A stretch of 64,000 nucleotides of DNA from Harriotta raleighana (Eukaryota), in assembly GCA_050575255.1 (NCBI GenBank), contig JBNZDD010013732.1, positions 14,563,682 to 14,627,681 on the forward strand. The letters run 5' to 3'. The position numbers and the translations under genes were made by a program. The notes under the pieces were generated by a model that saw only the letters and a program-made list of their open reading frames with translations, had not been told where the DNA came from and searched no databases. Positions 38,146 to 51,325 of this stretch are shown here, in pieces; position 1 is the first letter of the stretch; each line of letters begins with the position of its first letter.

Positions 38146-38314
38146 AATAGGAGCTACTTACTACTTGTTGCGGTCATTGAAAAGGTACTGCTCACATTAT
38201 TGCATCAAAATTTACTCAAATATACCTGAGTAAATGCAATGATGCCTGTAGCAATTTCAATAAATAATTCAGCAAGATGGGTTAACGCTTTAGATTAGCC
38301 CTAAAATGGTTCAC

Positions 38315-38960
38315 AGGAAACCTAGATACTGAGTATAACATTTTAAATGGAGTCCTGTAGCTCAGTGGTTAGAGCACTAGCTTTACAAGCGTGAGACCTG
38401 TGTTTGAATCCAGGCAAGTCAGGGTGAAACCTTGGGCAAGTTTCCTTGCTCCACACGCCTAATAATAATCATCCCTCCAAAAAAAACACAATAGTAATGT
38501 TAGTGATTTCAATCCATGATTGTTTGTGGGACACTGGAGTGTGCAATTGGCTACCCCATTTTGCCCACAAATATACAGTCAATTCACTTTACAATATATT
38601 CTGTGAAGTGCTTTGAGACATCTAGAAGATGTGAAAATTGCTCTATCAAATGCAAGGATTATTATATTAAATGGAATTGAATAGGTAAACTCAGAACAAT
38701 CCTATAGAATGTACCAAGACTGTAAAACAAGAAAAGATGGGTTTAGAATTGCAAGGAGCAAGTTCACAACAGATAGCAGGAAGTTTTTTTTCTTTATCGA
38801 GAAGGTAACTAAGGACTGGTTAGCAGGAAGGATGATTGAAGCCAAGATACTCGACTCATTTCAAAACACTTTATTGCAATGATGTGAGGACGGTAAGATG
38901 AGTGTTTTAACAGGATGGACCAAAGGACCTTCTTCACCCAGCTAATCTTGTGATCTTGCG
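38315..38960 (+). mobile_element. Old CR1 fragment hosting a SINE
   Basis: gagtataacattttaaat|ggaattgaataggtaaactcagaacaatcc; shares gtaaactcagaacaatcct with the CR1 at ~56180. Confidence 0.55.
38349..38666 (+). mobile_element. Full-length tRNA-headed Deu SINE (family 1) with TSD
   Basis: ggagtcctgtagctcagtggttagagc...gtttgaatcc head, Deu core and tail; direct repeat ttaaat at 38343-38348 and 38667-38672. Confidence 0.9.
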
Positions 38961-39588
38961 TGACCTTGTCACCTGTTCCTATTTCTGCACTGGTTAATTT
39001 TTTCCTCTTTCATGCTTCCCTCCATGGTCTCAACCCTCTTGTACCTTGCTGAATGGCAGAATTATCAACTTCTTTGAAAACCGTATCAAAACTGACCAAA
39101 GATGGCAGCACATAGCAATTCAGAATTAATAGATCTTACCCTCAACCTGGTGGCAAGTTTAAGAAGACTCTTGTTTCAATGAACTTAATTGTTCTGCACA
39201 TTCACACAAAAAATACAGTGGCAAAATTGCTCGCATACGCATATGGTTCTCTGTCCAAATTGTTAATTCCATAGTGTGGATTCCACCTTATATCCACTCA
39301 CTGGATCAGTGAGCCAAAACAATAGTAAATTCTATGTGCAATGAATTGAGAGCAGCTTAATGAGTCTCTCAATATGTATTATGAAAATAATAGGCACCCT
39401 ACTGCATTATTCTAATTTCATCACAGACATCTGACAGTGGTTGCAACTTGCTCAGCATTGTATTTGTCATTGGTTTTTTTTCCATGAAATGACCGCCTTC
39501 TCTATAGTTGTCTTGTATTCATTGTTGTCCATGTAATGAATGTTGCTGGACATAGAGGAGAAACAGGAGTGCAGAACCTCCTTTCAGA

Positions 39589-39947
39589 CTGAAGCATTTT
39601 TAACGTAGGTGCAATCAGTTCAACGTACTACGTACTGCAACGTATGACTGCCCCTCCTACCCCCAAAGTAAGGCAAAAAATCAATGAAATGGGAGGATTT
39701 GCGTATGCTGTACTCTTATCTCTGTTACATACCTGTATAGCGAAACCCAGAGCTCTCCCCATCCCGGCAGAGCAGCCGGTCTGCCCAAAGAGGCATCACT
39801 CCCACCAAAAGTTAATTTTAAAAAAATATATATTTTGCATGCATGCACTTATTAAAGCACGCATGCTCACTTATTAAACGTGATGTCAGTGATGGGGCCC
39901 CCCTAGGAAAATGCACCGAGTAGTGTGAAGGCTTAAACACGCCTCTG
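39589..39947. mobile_element. hAT-like MITE, 359 bp
   Basis: Degenerate TIRs ctgaagcatttttaa / ttaaacacgcctctg (11/15 match); 8-bp flanks ctttcaga / cattcaga (7/8). Confidence 0.6.
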
Positions 39948-40169
39948 CATTCAGACCGTGTTTATAGTCACCTCCTGCTAACATGCTTGAAGGGTGCTAT
40001 ATAGATGCAAGTTGTTGTCGTTCACAGTAAATCCTGTGAGATGTTTCTGGATGTTTGAATGATGCAAAGAATTTAATATGGCTACTGCCATAGTGGAGTG
40101 CAAAAATCCTGAAATCATTGTATCTGTGTATGTTTGTGTGTGGCATTTCTTCTGATGCTTTTGCTGTGT

Positions 40170-40478
40170 AATAACAATAACAATAATGATAATCCTTGCA
40201 TTTGATATAGCACGATTCACATCTTCTAGATGTCTCAAAGCATTTCACAGAATATACCAAAAAGTGAATTGACTGTATATTTGTGGGTGAAACTCAGCAG
40301 CCAATTGTGCCCAGTACAAACAGTCATGGATTGAAATGACCAATTTATTATTGTTATTATTGTTTCTTTGAGGGATGATTATCAAGCGTGTGGAGTAAGA
40401 AAACTTCCCGAAGGTTTCGACCAGGATTCAAACTCAGATCTCTCGCTTATGAGGCCCTAACCACTGAGCTACAGGACT
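40170..40478 (-). mobile_element. tRNA-headed Deu SINE (family 1)
   Basis: Reverse head aaccactgagctacaggact, ggattcaaac; tail aatccttgcatttgatatagc. Confidence 0.85.
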
Positions 40479-41610
40479 TTGTGTTTGTTCCAGTGTGTTT
40501 GTTATAGTGAAATGAAGTTGTATAGGTTTACTTATCAATATTCACAAACTGGATTTGTTCCATGAGTTTGATTTGTGAGCTTTTGGATAATGATCACTTC
40601 TATTTCCCTCATGTGCCCTAGGAAGATCTCATTAAATAGTTTCAAGTAAAACATTGCCGCCTTTCTGGATTTCTCGTAAGCAGTTTTCAAAATCCTGCGA
40701 ATCAACAGCTTTGAACATTCACAAAGCAGGAGCAGCAATTAACACAGCAAGTCCTGGTTGCTAACAGCACGTTTCATGTGAATGTGAGGTGATGGTAATA
40801 TCCTGCCCCCAGGGTGACCAGCTGTCATCTTTATTTCACTGGGTATTAAATACTCTCTCGGGAAATGGGAGGGGAGCTTCTCCAGGGATGCAAGGAATTT
40901 CTTATCAATTTCTTAACTTACCACTCAAAACACTGTGTGCACTGGGGAAGAGTCGGCCCTTTGTGAGGGGGGAAAAAACACTCCTATCATTATGAACTAA
41001 TGTTTTGTTTGATTATTGTCAATTCCATTCTTAGCACATTGGAGCCATAAAATTAGCCATTTGGCCCAACTAGCCCTCACTGCTGTTTATATTCCATAAA
41101 AGCTCTTAAACCCACTTTGTTCATCACACCAATATTCTGAAATTAAACACTAAAACATTACCGGGAACGAATTTGAACACCTGCTGTTGAATTGTTTCAT
41201 TTGGTCCCTTCACATATGCTACAGCTTTGGAGAAAATGGAGGCAATCTTCCAGGTTGTAAGCAGAAAGATCCAGCAGATTTTCCACTAGTTTCAAGGAAG
41301 AGGGTATCCTGACATTCTCTCTTGAATCATTCAAATCTTCACCACTGCGAAAATAAGACACCTGATTGGATGTCCAATTGTAATAATTTTAAATTACTAC
41401 CTTAACTGCTGGAAATGAAGTGACAGATGTTTGCTAATAACACTCTTCCCACACTGGACTCAAAAGTCCTAAGCATGGGAAAACTATATTCACATCTGGC
41501 ACTTGGTGGAAAGCTCAATGGTCCACATTAATGTTATGTTGGCCTGAAAGAGAAGCTACCTTATTACAAAGTGCAGCTTCAGGCACTGGAAGGGAGTGCC
41601 TCTTATTATC

Positions 41611-41944
41611 AATGATAATAATAATCCTTGCATTTGATATAGCGCTTTCCACGTCTTCTAGACATCTCAAAGCTGTAAAGCTCATATACTGTAATCGTGG
41701 GGAAAACAGGGCAGCCAATTGTGCACATCAGTGTCACACAAACAGTCATGATTTGAAATGACCAATTTTATATATTTTTTTTAGGGATTATTATCAGGCT
41801 TGTGGAGTAAGGAAACTTTTCTTTGAAGGATTATTATCAGGTGTGTTGAGGAAGGAAACTTGCCCAAGGTTTTGCCCTGCCTGGATTCGAACACAGGTCT
41901 CACACTTGTAAGTGAGTGCTCTAACCACTGAGCTACAGGATTCC
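41611..41944 (-). mobile_element. tRNA-headed Deu SINE (family 1) with internal duplication
   Basis: Reverse head ggattcgaacacaggtctc..gtgctctaaccactgagctacagga; duplicated ggattattatcagg..ggaaactt at 41785-41818 and 41828-41861. Confidence 0.9.
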
Positions 41945-44900
41945 ACTTATTGAGGGTTGTCAAAGTGGTAAGAGCATTTCTGCCAAAAATATGAACTTAA
42001 TAAATAATCCCTAAATATGATATAGTGTCTTTTATATAAAAGCAATATACTGTATTGTAAAGTGTATTGGACTCAGTAAGGAGTGGGTGGATGTCTTGGT
42101 CAATAATCTCTTAGATAAAATTGATGAATCACATCATGGTTGTTAGTGGGACATTAGTGGGACATTGCTGTGAGTAAATTGGCTGCAGCTGTTGCCTACA
42201 AAACACACAGTCATTTATACTTTATAGTTTATTCCATGGAACTGTCTCCTGATGTGAAAGGTGTGTTACCAAATGCCAGGATTATTATTATTATTATGGA
42301 TCTCAGATGTTGTGGTTGAGCTTCTGGAACCCCGCTCAGAAGTCATAATTACACATCAGTATCCGAGTGATGTTCCAGACGTTCGGCCGCAAAATATTCC
42401 TTAATCATGGATCCTTTCAAGATTCCATGTAAATTGTTTCAGAGAGGAAGGGGATGGGGAGGGAAGGGATGGAGGACTATCCAGCTCTATAAAGTCCAGA
42501 ATCTCAGAAGCTCTTATTTCATGTCACTCCCTTGGATGCCAAACTGAGAACTGATAATAGCAGTTTCTACACAGCAAGGAGATCAGGCATCTTAGATTTT
42601 TCTGTTGAGATGCAATGGAAATAGTGTGGAGAACATCTGCAATCGATGTTTGCAGACACTTCTTCACTATGAAGTCTGACACCTTTTATTGCTATGTGCT
42701 ATCTTAGCTGCAATGCTCTTTTGTGTTCCAGTGAAAAAAAACCTGTTCATACAATGCAGTTTCCACTGACCTGGAAAGAAAATTGCAATACCTTCTGAGA
42801 GATTTTCTTCATCAACTGTGCATGAAATGGAAAAAGTTGGAAATGCATGTCAAGGAATCAAACCAAGGTTCAGAAAGAGATCCATAAATGAATAAATAAT
42901 AGATTCACAAATGAATAAGACTCATGAAAATACTGAAAAGGGGAATTTTATAACTCTTAACAAATACTTGTAAAATATATATTCAGGAAAGGGAGGGCAT
43001 ATATTATATTTAAAGGTTTTTTTTAGGCGATCTTGTATATCTGTAACTTTTTCTAAGTTGGTAACTTCTTTTCAGTCAAATACATTATTTATGCTATACT
43101 GTAGTTATATTCTAAGGCTTCTATTCATGTCATGAAGGGAACAACAATTTGCATTCATATAGAGACCTTCGAGTAGGATAACATCTCGAAGCACATCACA
43201 GTGACAAGGTCAGACGCCAAGCAAGGGAGAAGGGGAAGGGAGCTGATTGTAAGCACTATCGAAGAGGTAGATTTTGAAAAGTACAGACCACTTGCTTGCA
43301 CCACTCAATGTTGATTTCATACCAGGCAATGTTCACTCCCATAGGGAACCATTACACCTGGGTCTAGGTTTGCATGATGTTACACTTATGTTGACATTGG
43401 CGTGAATGCATTGTTGACCTCGGAAGGGATGGAGGCAATTTTTCCACCTGATTGGGAGTTGTAGCAGTTTCCTATGCTTGTGAGTTGTTCTTGGTATTTA
43501 TGCCTTGCTGAGTGCCAGTCTGCCTCAGTTTAACATCTCTTCCCAGTGATTGCAATTGGCTGATGCTTTATGATTAATGTGATAGAGAGGGAGGAGCATG
43601 AGGGTATCAATAGGTGGCTCACATTTCATACTGTGATGATTCAAGCAACTGGAGTGTTGGCTGAGGATCAAACTCTGATTCCAGTGACATTACAGCCGTA
43701 AACATCAATTCATGTCCTAAACCCCCTGAAACCTTTTGAGAGTAAAATACTAGACCTTGAATTCTTGACGATTCTTATACTTCAAATCATTGATAATAAT
43801 AATCCTTGTGTTTGGTAGAATGCTTTTGAATTCGGGAGGACATCCCAAAGAGCTTTTAACAGGATTTACTGCAAAGCGTCATGACTGCATCGGTGAACTC
43901 GGCAGACAATTTCACAGAGCAGTGTGCCACAAATTGTCATGAATTGAATGACCCATTGCTTTGCTGTTCAGCTAATTCAGTTGTGGAAAACATCAGGACG
44001 GTCGGGAGATGTATTGACAAATCTCTACTAAGGAAATAATAGATGAGAAAGCAATAAGACCACTTGTAGCAAAACAGATTTGATAGTTTCATCCCTTGAT
44101 TTACAAACTTTGACTGACTACCTCCACAAGTTAGAATTGAATTAATTTGTTATAAAAATGTTGATTTCAAAACTTTTGGTCTCGGTGAGTGGTTTACTTC
44201 TAATACCACATCAGTAAAATAATTTATAAGTAGGCAATCATTATTAAATATATATACATGGTGTCTAATTGAATAACAGCAAAAAAATTGCATTTCTAGA
44301 GCACCTTTCACATTGTGAGGATGTTCCAAGGCGCTGAAGCATAATTGAAGCATTCTTATGTTAATGGTGGAAACATGCAGTGTTTCAATGCTGTATGACA
44401 TGATATCACTTTCATGTGCCAGAGGGCTTTCTCCATTTGTTGAATGGCCTTTGTTTGGGGCAAAATGACTCATTTAGAATTTGCCTGCATCTTCCCTAAA
44501 TAACAATAATACTTATAATAATCCTTTAATTTGATAATCCTTTAACCTTATCACATCATTGAGATATCTCAAAGCACTTCACACACTGATACACTGTAAA
44601 AGTGCCATGACAGTATTTTGTGGGTTACTGAATTGTTCATTTTCATTGAGGAATTTGCCTTCTAGCAAAATAAAAACAATCTACCAGGTGCATTACTGAA
44701 AGAAGATGAGAAAGTATTAAATAGTAACAACTGTCAAATGCACTCGTTAATACAAGTCAACTCATTCTGCAAACCATGAATGGTCTCGCCCTTCGTGAAT
44801 TCTACCCACCCAGGTAATTGTAAAATAAAGAATTCAACATCCTCTCTGGCCATTTTATCCATCTGGCCTACTGTGCTCCCTAGGGATCAGCCCCAACAGC

Positions 44901-45379
44901 ATCTTTTTTATATGATAATGATCTACTTAATCATCTTCGTCTCCTCACCTTATTCAACAACAGCAACTTGCATTTAAAGAGCAGCCTCTCACGGAGGATA
45001 GTTTCTCAGAGTGGTTAACAGTGGCAGGGTCAGGCTGTGCAAGGAGGAGGGGAGGTGACTACACGCATACGGGGGAGGTGAATCTTCCACTGAGATATAA
45101 AAAACAAAAAGGGGAAGATGATTGAGACAGGAAATTACAGAGATTGGGGTTGTAAATATTCAAACAGGAGCTGAATCAATAACAGGTTCAAAATGTTGGT
45201 GGTGATTCGTAGATGGAGAAGATTGACATTGGATTTTGTGCTTCTTTTGAGGTTGTGGGATTGTTGTCTGGAGGTAAATAAAGTAAGTGATATGAAGAGC
45301 CACAGAGCTCTGAAGCTACTGAACCAAATGATATTATATTGAGGACAAGGATACAAAGAAAGACTGTACAGCAGTCAAC

Positions 45380-45680
45380 AAAACTAGTCCATGGTGTTGT
45401 TTATACTCCACATGAGTCTTCACCCTTTCCTTATTCCCACTCATATTCTTTGTTTTGCATCTCCCTCTTGTGAAGATCCACATTTCCTCTTGAAAGCAGC
45501 TACACTATCTGATTCAACCATTGCTTCAAGCAGTGAGTTCCACAATATCATTACCCTGTATTTGAAGTAACCCCTCATAAATTCTCTTTTAGATGTCTTA
45601 GTTACTATTTTATATTTGTTTTCTCTGCTTATGGACTCCCCAACCAGGAGAAGTAGTCTATTTGTATTTTCTTTTCTATG
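45380..45680 (-). mobile_element. Old CR1 fragment
   Basis: ttcctcttgaaagcagctacactatctgattcaacc...gcagtgagttccacaatatcattaccct, the reverse of the RV...WN.L...FK motif. Confidence 0.55.
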
Positions 45681-46320
45681 TTAGGAGTCATTCCAAAACA
45701 TACTTTTAAACATCTCACTAAATTGGAAATATTTTTCACTTAAATTGTTGAATTGTTTCCTGCTGCATTGGCATCATTACAGCCTTCAAAACTATTTCCT
45801 TGTGTTATTCTGTCAATTCTGACAATTTAATTTATTTGCCATGTTTGTAGTGTTTCTTCTGGTGTGGTTGGTATTCATGAAAGGCTTTGTTGAAGCTTGA
45901 AAACAAGATTTTACATTCTTTGAATGTAATAATAAAAATAAATTGCTTGTCAAATGCATAGAAAAACATTCCTTTAAATCCATTGCCTTGTCCATATAGT
46001 CAGTCTGATAATTCCACTGTCACATTCTGTACCTCAATGTACTTCAACACAGTCAAAGTGAATTGAAGTGAGAGTTGCAGAGTATCATAGCAAGGGCCCA
46101 GATCATTTGACAGATAACTGGTAATGTCTGAGTTCTCATACCGTACTGTGACTAATTTAACTTTCTAAAAGGCATTGTACTTGACAGATATTAAATATAG
46201 AACACATCTGGAGTTTGCAGACAAACTACTGTATTGGGGGAAAAAACCTTCCTCATCAGATTCTATGGTGCCAAATTAGCATTTTCTTTTTGCTGCATTC
46301 CATGTTAAAATATTTATCTA

Positions 46321-46415
46321 TGGGGTAAAACTCTACCTTTGTCTCAATTTATTTTATTCATGTAGCATATTGGAGTATCCAGAATTTACCAAATTGTTGA
46401 ATTTAGTCTTAATGC
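46321..46415 (+). repeat. Arm of the palindromic MITE family
   Basis: ggggtaaaactctacc...ggagtatccagaatttaccaaattgttgaatttagtcttaa resembles 24790-25018 and 51169-51258. Confidence 0.55.
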
Positions 46416-46447
46416 TGAAGCTGGTTTTCTTTAAAGAAAATATTAAA

Positions 46448-46765
46448 ACAACATAACAACTTGTATTTATATAATAATAGCACCTTTCACATGGGGTAGT
46501 GCCCCGGACTGCTACACGGTGGCAAAGTTTGACAAGGAGCCAAGGGCAGAGGGAGAGGAGAGGTGACAGTAAGTACCATCAAATAGGAAAGTCTTTAGGT
46601 GGGATTTCAAGGTGGGAGGGTGGGTGGGGGGAGGAGGAGGGATTGAAGGAGAGAGATCCAGAGTTTTGCAAAATAGTGGCTGAAGGTATAGCCACCGTTG
46701 GTGAAACGGCGGGCATGAAGGACAAAAAGGAGGCTGGTGCCAGCCGAGAAAAGGCAGCGGGTGGT
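46448..46765 (-). mobile_element. L2 3' fragment
   Basis: Reverse tail caacttgtatttat..agcacctttcacat; tagtggctgaaggtatagccaccg as in family B. Confidence 0.6.
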
Positions 46766-48267
46766 GGACATGTTAAAAATGCTTTCAGAAATCCAACTTC
46801 AAAATTAGTAATAATAATAATAATCCTTGCATTTGATATACTGTAGTGGGCTTATCACGTCTTCTAGATGTCTCAAAATGCTTCACAGGATATACTGTAC
46901 ATTAAAATGAATTGACTTGTAAGTTTTGTGTGCAATATTTAAATTTTTTCCCATTGTTTACCTACAAAATGCACAGTCATTCAACTCTACAATATGTTTG
47001 CAAGCCCTGCCTCTTGCCAATCGGCGTCTTATGTTCTTTGTAATTAGGTAAGCACTGTCCGAGGAGAGAGTGCACGTTCCATTCCAGTCCCAGGGAAATT
47101 TCCACGTACTGTATAGGTGATATATATATGTGGAACTTTCAGTATGGTCTGGATACTCTTAAGCATGATAATGGATTTGTGCTTTTGTCAAACACTTGGC
47201 TGACAAAAAAAAACACAATATGATTTTAGAAATTACTGCTCCAGAAGCTCATTAAATTTTTAAATCTCAAGCGTCTCCAAAAAAAACTTCACTCTTGCTG
47301 TGGATGAATTGTTTGGTCTTCTTTGTTTAAAGGATGGCATTATTTGTTTTGCTGAAGGTAAAACATTAATTGAAGGATTTTTGTTGCTTATTTTGCCTGC
47401 CTTATCTCAAATAATGTATTTTTGAAGCCATATTATCACAATAGCAATTAAGGAATACTGCCGGAAAAATTTGTAAGCAGGAGTTTGGCACATTGCAAAC
47501 ATTCTGGACCTCAGTGTGAAACTTGTATTAGGCAGGGATTTTCTTTTGCTTTCATGCAGTGTGATAATAGAGGATCATGTTTACATTTCTTATTGTTAAA
47601 ATATTTGTGTATTATTTCTATTCTTCTCTTATTCAGAACATGGTACTGTATATCTTTGTGTGTGCAAGGCAGTTAACTGAGTTATCACCCGATTAGAATC
47701 TGTGAAGATAAATGGCAGATGTGATTGAAATAGAAGGCTGGCATTCCTGATATATAGAATATTTCAGTTTTTACTGCTTCACTGTTGAACAAGGAAATTA
47801 TAACAACTGCTCAATATGATAATGAGAATCATCACTTAGGAAAACAACACAGTACAATATTTTAGTAGCCTGTAATTTGCTTCTGATTAAATCAAGCAAG
47901 TAGTGGAATGAAACGAGTGTGCATCTTCAGTGTGGCTGCAGCTGGAGGCACTTTTTGCAATGCTTCAGTTAGATCCATGTTGTCACTTGCCATGCAGCAC
48001 GCACTTGAAAGTAAAACAGGTCAGACAGAATTTACTCCTCATTGGGTTTCCAATACTATTTTAAACATAAGACAGCATTTTGAAGTTGTCATGAGCCCTT
48101 TATTGCACTTCTGTGTCGGATGACTCACATTGGGAGTTGGAACTAAGCTGATGCTCCAATGCAGTGCTGGGGGATGCACTGAATCGCGGGAGATCATTTG
48201 CATGAGACATTAAAATGAGGTCCCATCTGCCTGTTCAGATGGACTTTGTTCCTATCTATAATAGGTG

Positions 48268-48555
48268 CAGCAACAACAACAACAACAACAAAATTACACT
48301 TGTATAGCGCTTTTCACGTCAGGAGGACATCCCAAAGTACTAAACATTCAAGTTGGAACCCGAGCATGACGGGGGTTGGGGGGAGGGGAAGGGGGAAGGA
48401 GAGTGGGAGAGAGAGAAGAGTTAGGGGGTGAGCCGAAGGTGCGGTCGAAGAAGAAGGTCTTGAGACCGGCCTCGAAGGAGGAAAGGGAGAAAGTAAGGTG
48501 GAGGGACTGCAGGATGGATTTCCAAAGTGTGGGGGCAGAGAGGCTAAAAGCCCAT
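48268..48555 (-). mobile_element. L2 family A 3' fragment inserted in a family-2 SINE remnant
   Basis: (CAA)n aaattacacttgtatagcgcttttcacgtcaggaggacatccc; AFSLSAPTLW...LKTFFFDRTF; SINE pieces flank it at ~48120-48245 and ~48555-48600. Confidence 0.8.
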
Positions 48556-48679
48556 GCACTATTCAACAGGTATCCTGGCCAATAATCCTCCAAATAAAAA
48601 TTTGCAATGTAATGGCTGAAGATACAGTTGGTGAAACGATGGTGAAAAGTCATTAACTTAATGGCTGTTTGTGAGACAC

Positions 48680-49075
48680 CGTTGTGCCTCACGGATCACT
48701 CGTTTTCAAATCCCTTTATGCCCTGGTACCTCCCTACCTATTTGATTCATTTGCTCCACACACCCACCCAACCCCCCCACACTACTCCACCATATGCCTC
48801 CTCTGCTCTGAAATCTCCAGCCTCTTGTTTGTCCCACACCCCCTCTGGTCCACCATCAACGGCCATGCTTTCAGATACCGAAGCTCTAGAATTCCCTCCC
48901 TAATCCTCTCCCTTGCCCCCATCCCTCCCTTCTCAGTTTCTAAAGATCTTTTTTGATCGTGCTTACGGTCACCTCCCCACACTCCCTTCGCCCTGACTTG
49001 AGACGAGATTCCACCTCTGTAATGCATTATGGGACTCAACTCCATGTGAAGGACAATACATAAAACCCAGTTGTT
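48680..49075 (+). mobile_element. L2 3' fragment
   Basis: LVFKSLYALVPPYL...STINGHAFRY; degenerate tail tgggactcaactccatgtgaagga..gttgttg. Confidence 0.7.
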
Positions 49076-49151
49076 GCGCTGAAATTGGCTGCTCTACATA
49101 AATTGGCAACCATGTTCACCTAAAAAATGCAGTCAATTCACCTTACAATGA

Positions 49152-49539
49152 ATTTTCTGAAATGCTTTGAGATTCTACACCGTGTGGACAACTATATAAG
49201 TGCAGGTTGTTGATTTTGTTGCCACACCTACCCTCCCAGCACTTGTCATTTCTCTGTTTAAACAGACAACTTGCTCCAAGACTATTAATGGGCTTGCATG
49301 TTAGAGGACACTTGGGAGGTGAGCATATCCCTGCTTCTCTGCAAAGTATTTTCTGAAATGCTTTGAGACTCTACATCATGTGGACGACTATATAAGTGCA
49401 GGTTGTTGATTTTGTTGCCACACCTACCCTCCCAGCACATGTCATTTCTCTGTTTAAACAGACAACTTGCTCCAAGACTATTAATGGGCTTGCGTGTTAG
49501 AGGACACTTGGGAGGTGAGCATATCCCTGCTTCTCTGCA
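49152..49539 (+). repeat. Tandem duplication, ~196-bp period, 2 copies
   Basis: attttctgaaatgctttgaga...gcatatccctgcttctctgca at 49152-49343 and 49348-49539; a few substitutions, no N. Confidence 0.95.
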
Positions 49540-51168
49540 GGGAGATGGGTGACATGTGTTTATCTATCCCTCATGATCTATCCCTCATGGCATAGCTTAG
49601 ATCAGGGATTGCTGTTTGGGATCAGTCAGTGCACAACTTGATCTTATTGCTGCTGCTGTGCAGTCAAGCACCAAACCCTGTGGCACCACTCCCTGAAATG
49701 TACTGTACTGTACTGTAAAGTGAATTGACTGTTAATTTCTGGACGAATGTGACAGAGAATTGAAAAGCTTTTGTCAACTATCATCAATCTGAATTAGAGC
49801 TTAAAGTTTTAATATTAATATATTGTGCAGAATTCACAGAATATATATTTTTAGCTTTGATCCTAGCTCATTCTGTCTATCTGTCTGTCTGTTTGTATTT
49901 GCCTCTTGCTTTTCTGAGTTATGTCAGCACATTACTGCTAAATAAGTCACTTCCTTGGATTTGGTCCTGCGACAATTTTTGCTTCTCTCTGACATAAATA
50001 TCCAAACTGTGTGATTCAACAGCTGATTATCTGGTTTATGTGATATACTTGGCTTATTTTCCATTGCTTACTTCTACTTGGGGTAATTCCACCTTGGTCT
50101 AGATTTATTTGAAGTTGCATTTAATGTTGGTGTTGATATAATATGACAGTGAGTCACTTTAAAATGAGAATGGCTGAATCGTGCTTTCTTTTCAAGAGGC
50201 ACCGAACTTTGTAACAAGGGAATCTAATTCTGTATTCAAATGATAAGCTGCAGGTAAATATTTTCACTTGAAGATGAAATAGAATCCAGAATGTTCTTTA
50301 CAGCCATAATTGCGTTTCAGCCTGACTCAATCGGCAGCAGCCTCACCAATGAATTAGACACTTGTGAAATCAAGCCCAACAACCACTTGGAATTTATATT
50401 GTCTATGCTGATGCTCCAAAGGAGTGCTGCATTGTTGAATGACACATTGAACTGAAGCGCCTTCTGCCTGTTCATATGCAGCATTTTAAAGACTCCTGGC
50501 ATTCTTGCCAATAATTCCCCAAATAATATTGTGCACTAACTTCATGGCTGAAGCACTTCGAGATACTTTTGCAACATGAAAAGTGCGTCATCAAATGGAA
50601 GGATTGTTATTTTTTGTGTACAGTTAAAAAGAATGAACCACCACTTTTATTAGATAATATATACTTTGTAATATCTGGTATAATGATATATAATTTATTA
50701 TTTATTGTATAATACTACATAATTTTTTATATAATTGTAATTTATATGATATAACACATTTCATGTCTGGAGCACATCTCAATGCTCTTCACATTAAAAG
50801 CAATAAACCACTACTTGCAAACTGGTTTCAAATTTTCCACTGTTAAAACAGTCACCATTTCTTCACTATTCCCTTGTGAAGGGCATTTTGACTTTCATTT
50901 TTTGATGTATTGATATTCAACTGACTTGGCAACGCAGTTTGTTTTCCAGTTTCTCCTCACCTGGATGCAGTGAATCATACTGCCTTTTGGTTCTGTAGGC
51001 ACCAACAATCATGAAATATCATATGCAAGTGGCCATTCTTCTTAATGTGAGTGTAGATTGTGTTTGTCATCTTCTCGGCCATAGATAAAGGAAAGGCATT
51101 ACCACCCAATCTACTCTTTTGCCCACTTGAATTCCGCCAACTCTGAAAGCACAAACTGTGCTGAGGGC

Positions 51169-51325
51169 TGGGGGCGAAATTTCACCAGGGACGAGAATTA
51201 CTTTACTGTTCATTGCAGAGGTTCCAGAATTTAGCATATTGTTAAATTCAGCCTTAACTTTGAACAAGATGTTCCATAGTTCTTGAAAGAACTTTAATTT
51301 GTCAAATTCTGTATGTTCTCAAATG
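51169..51325. repeat. Palindromic MITE family copy (full left arm, partial right arm)
   Basis: gggggcgaaatttcacc...gaggttccagaatttagcatattgtt; inverted aatttgtcaaattctgtatgttctc. Confidence 0.5.
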
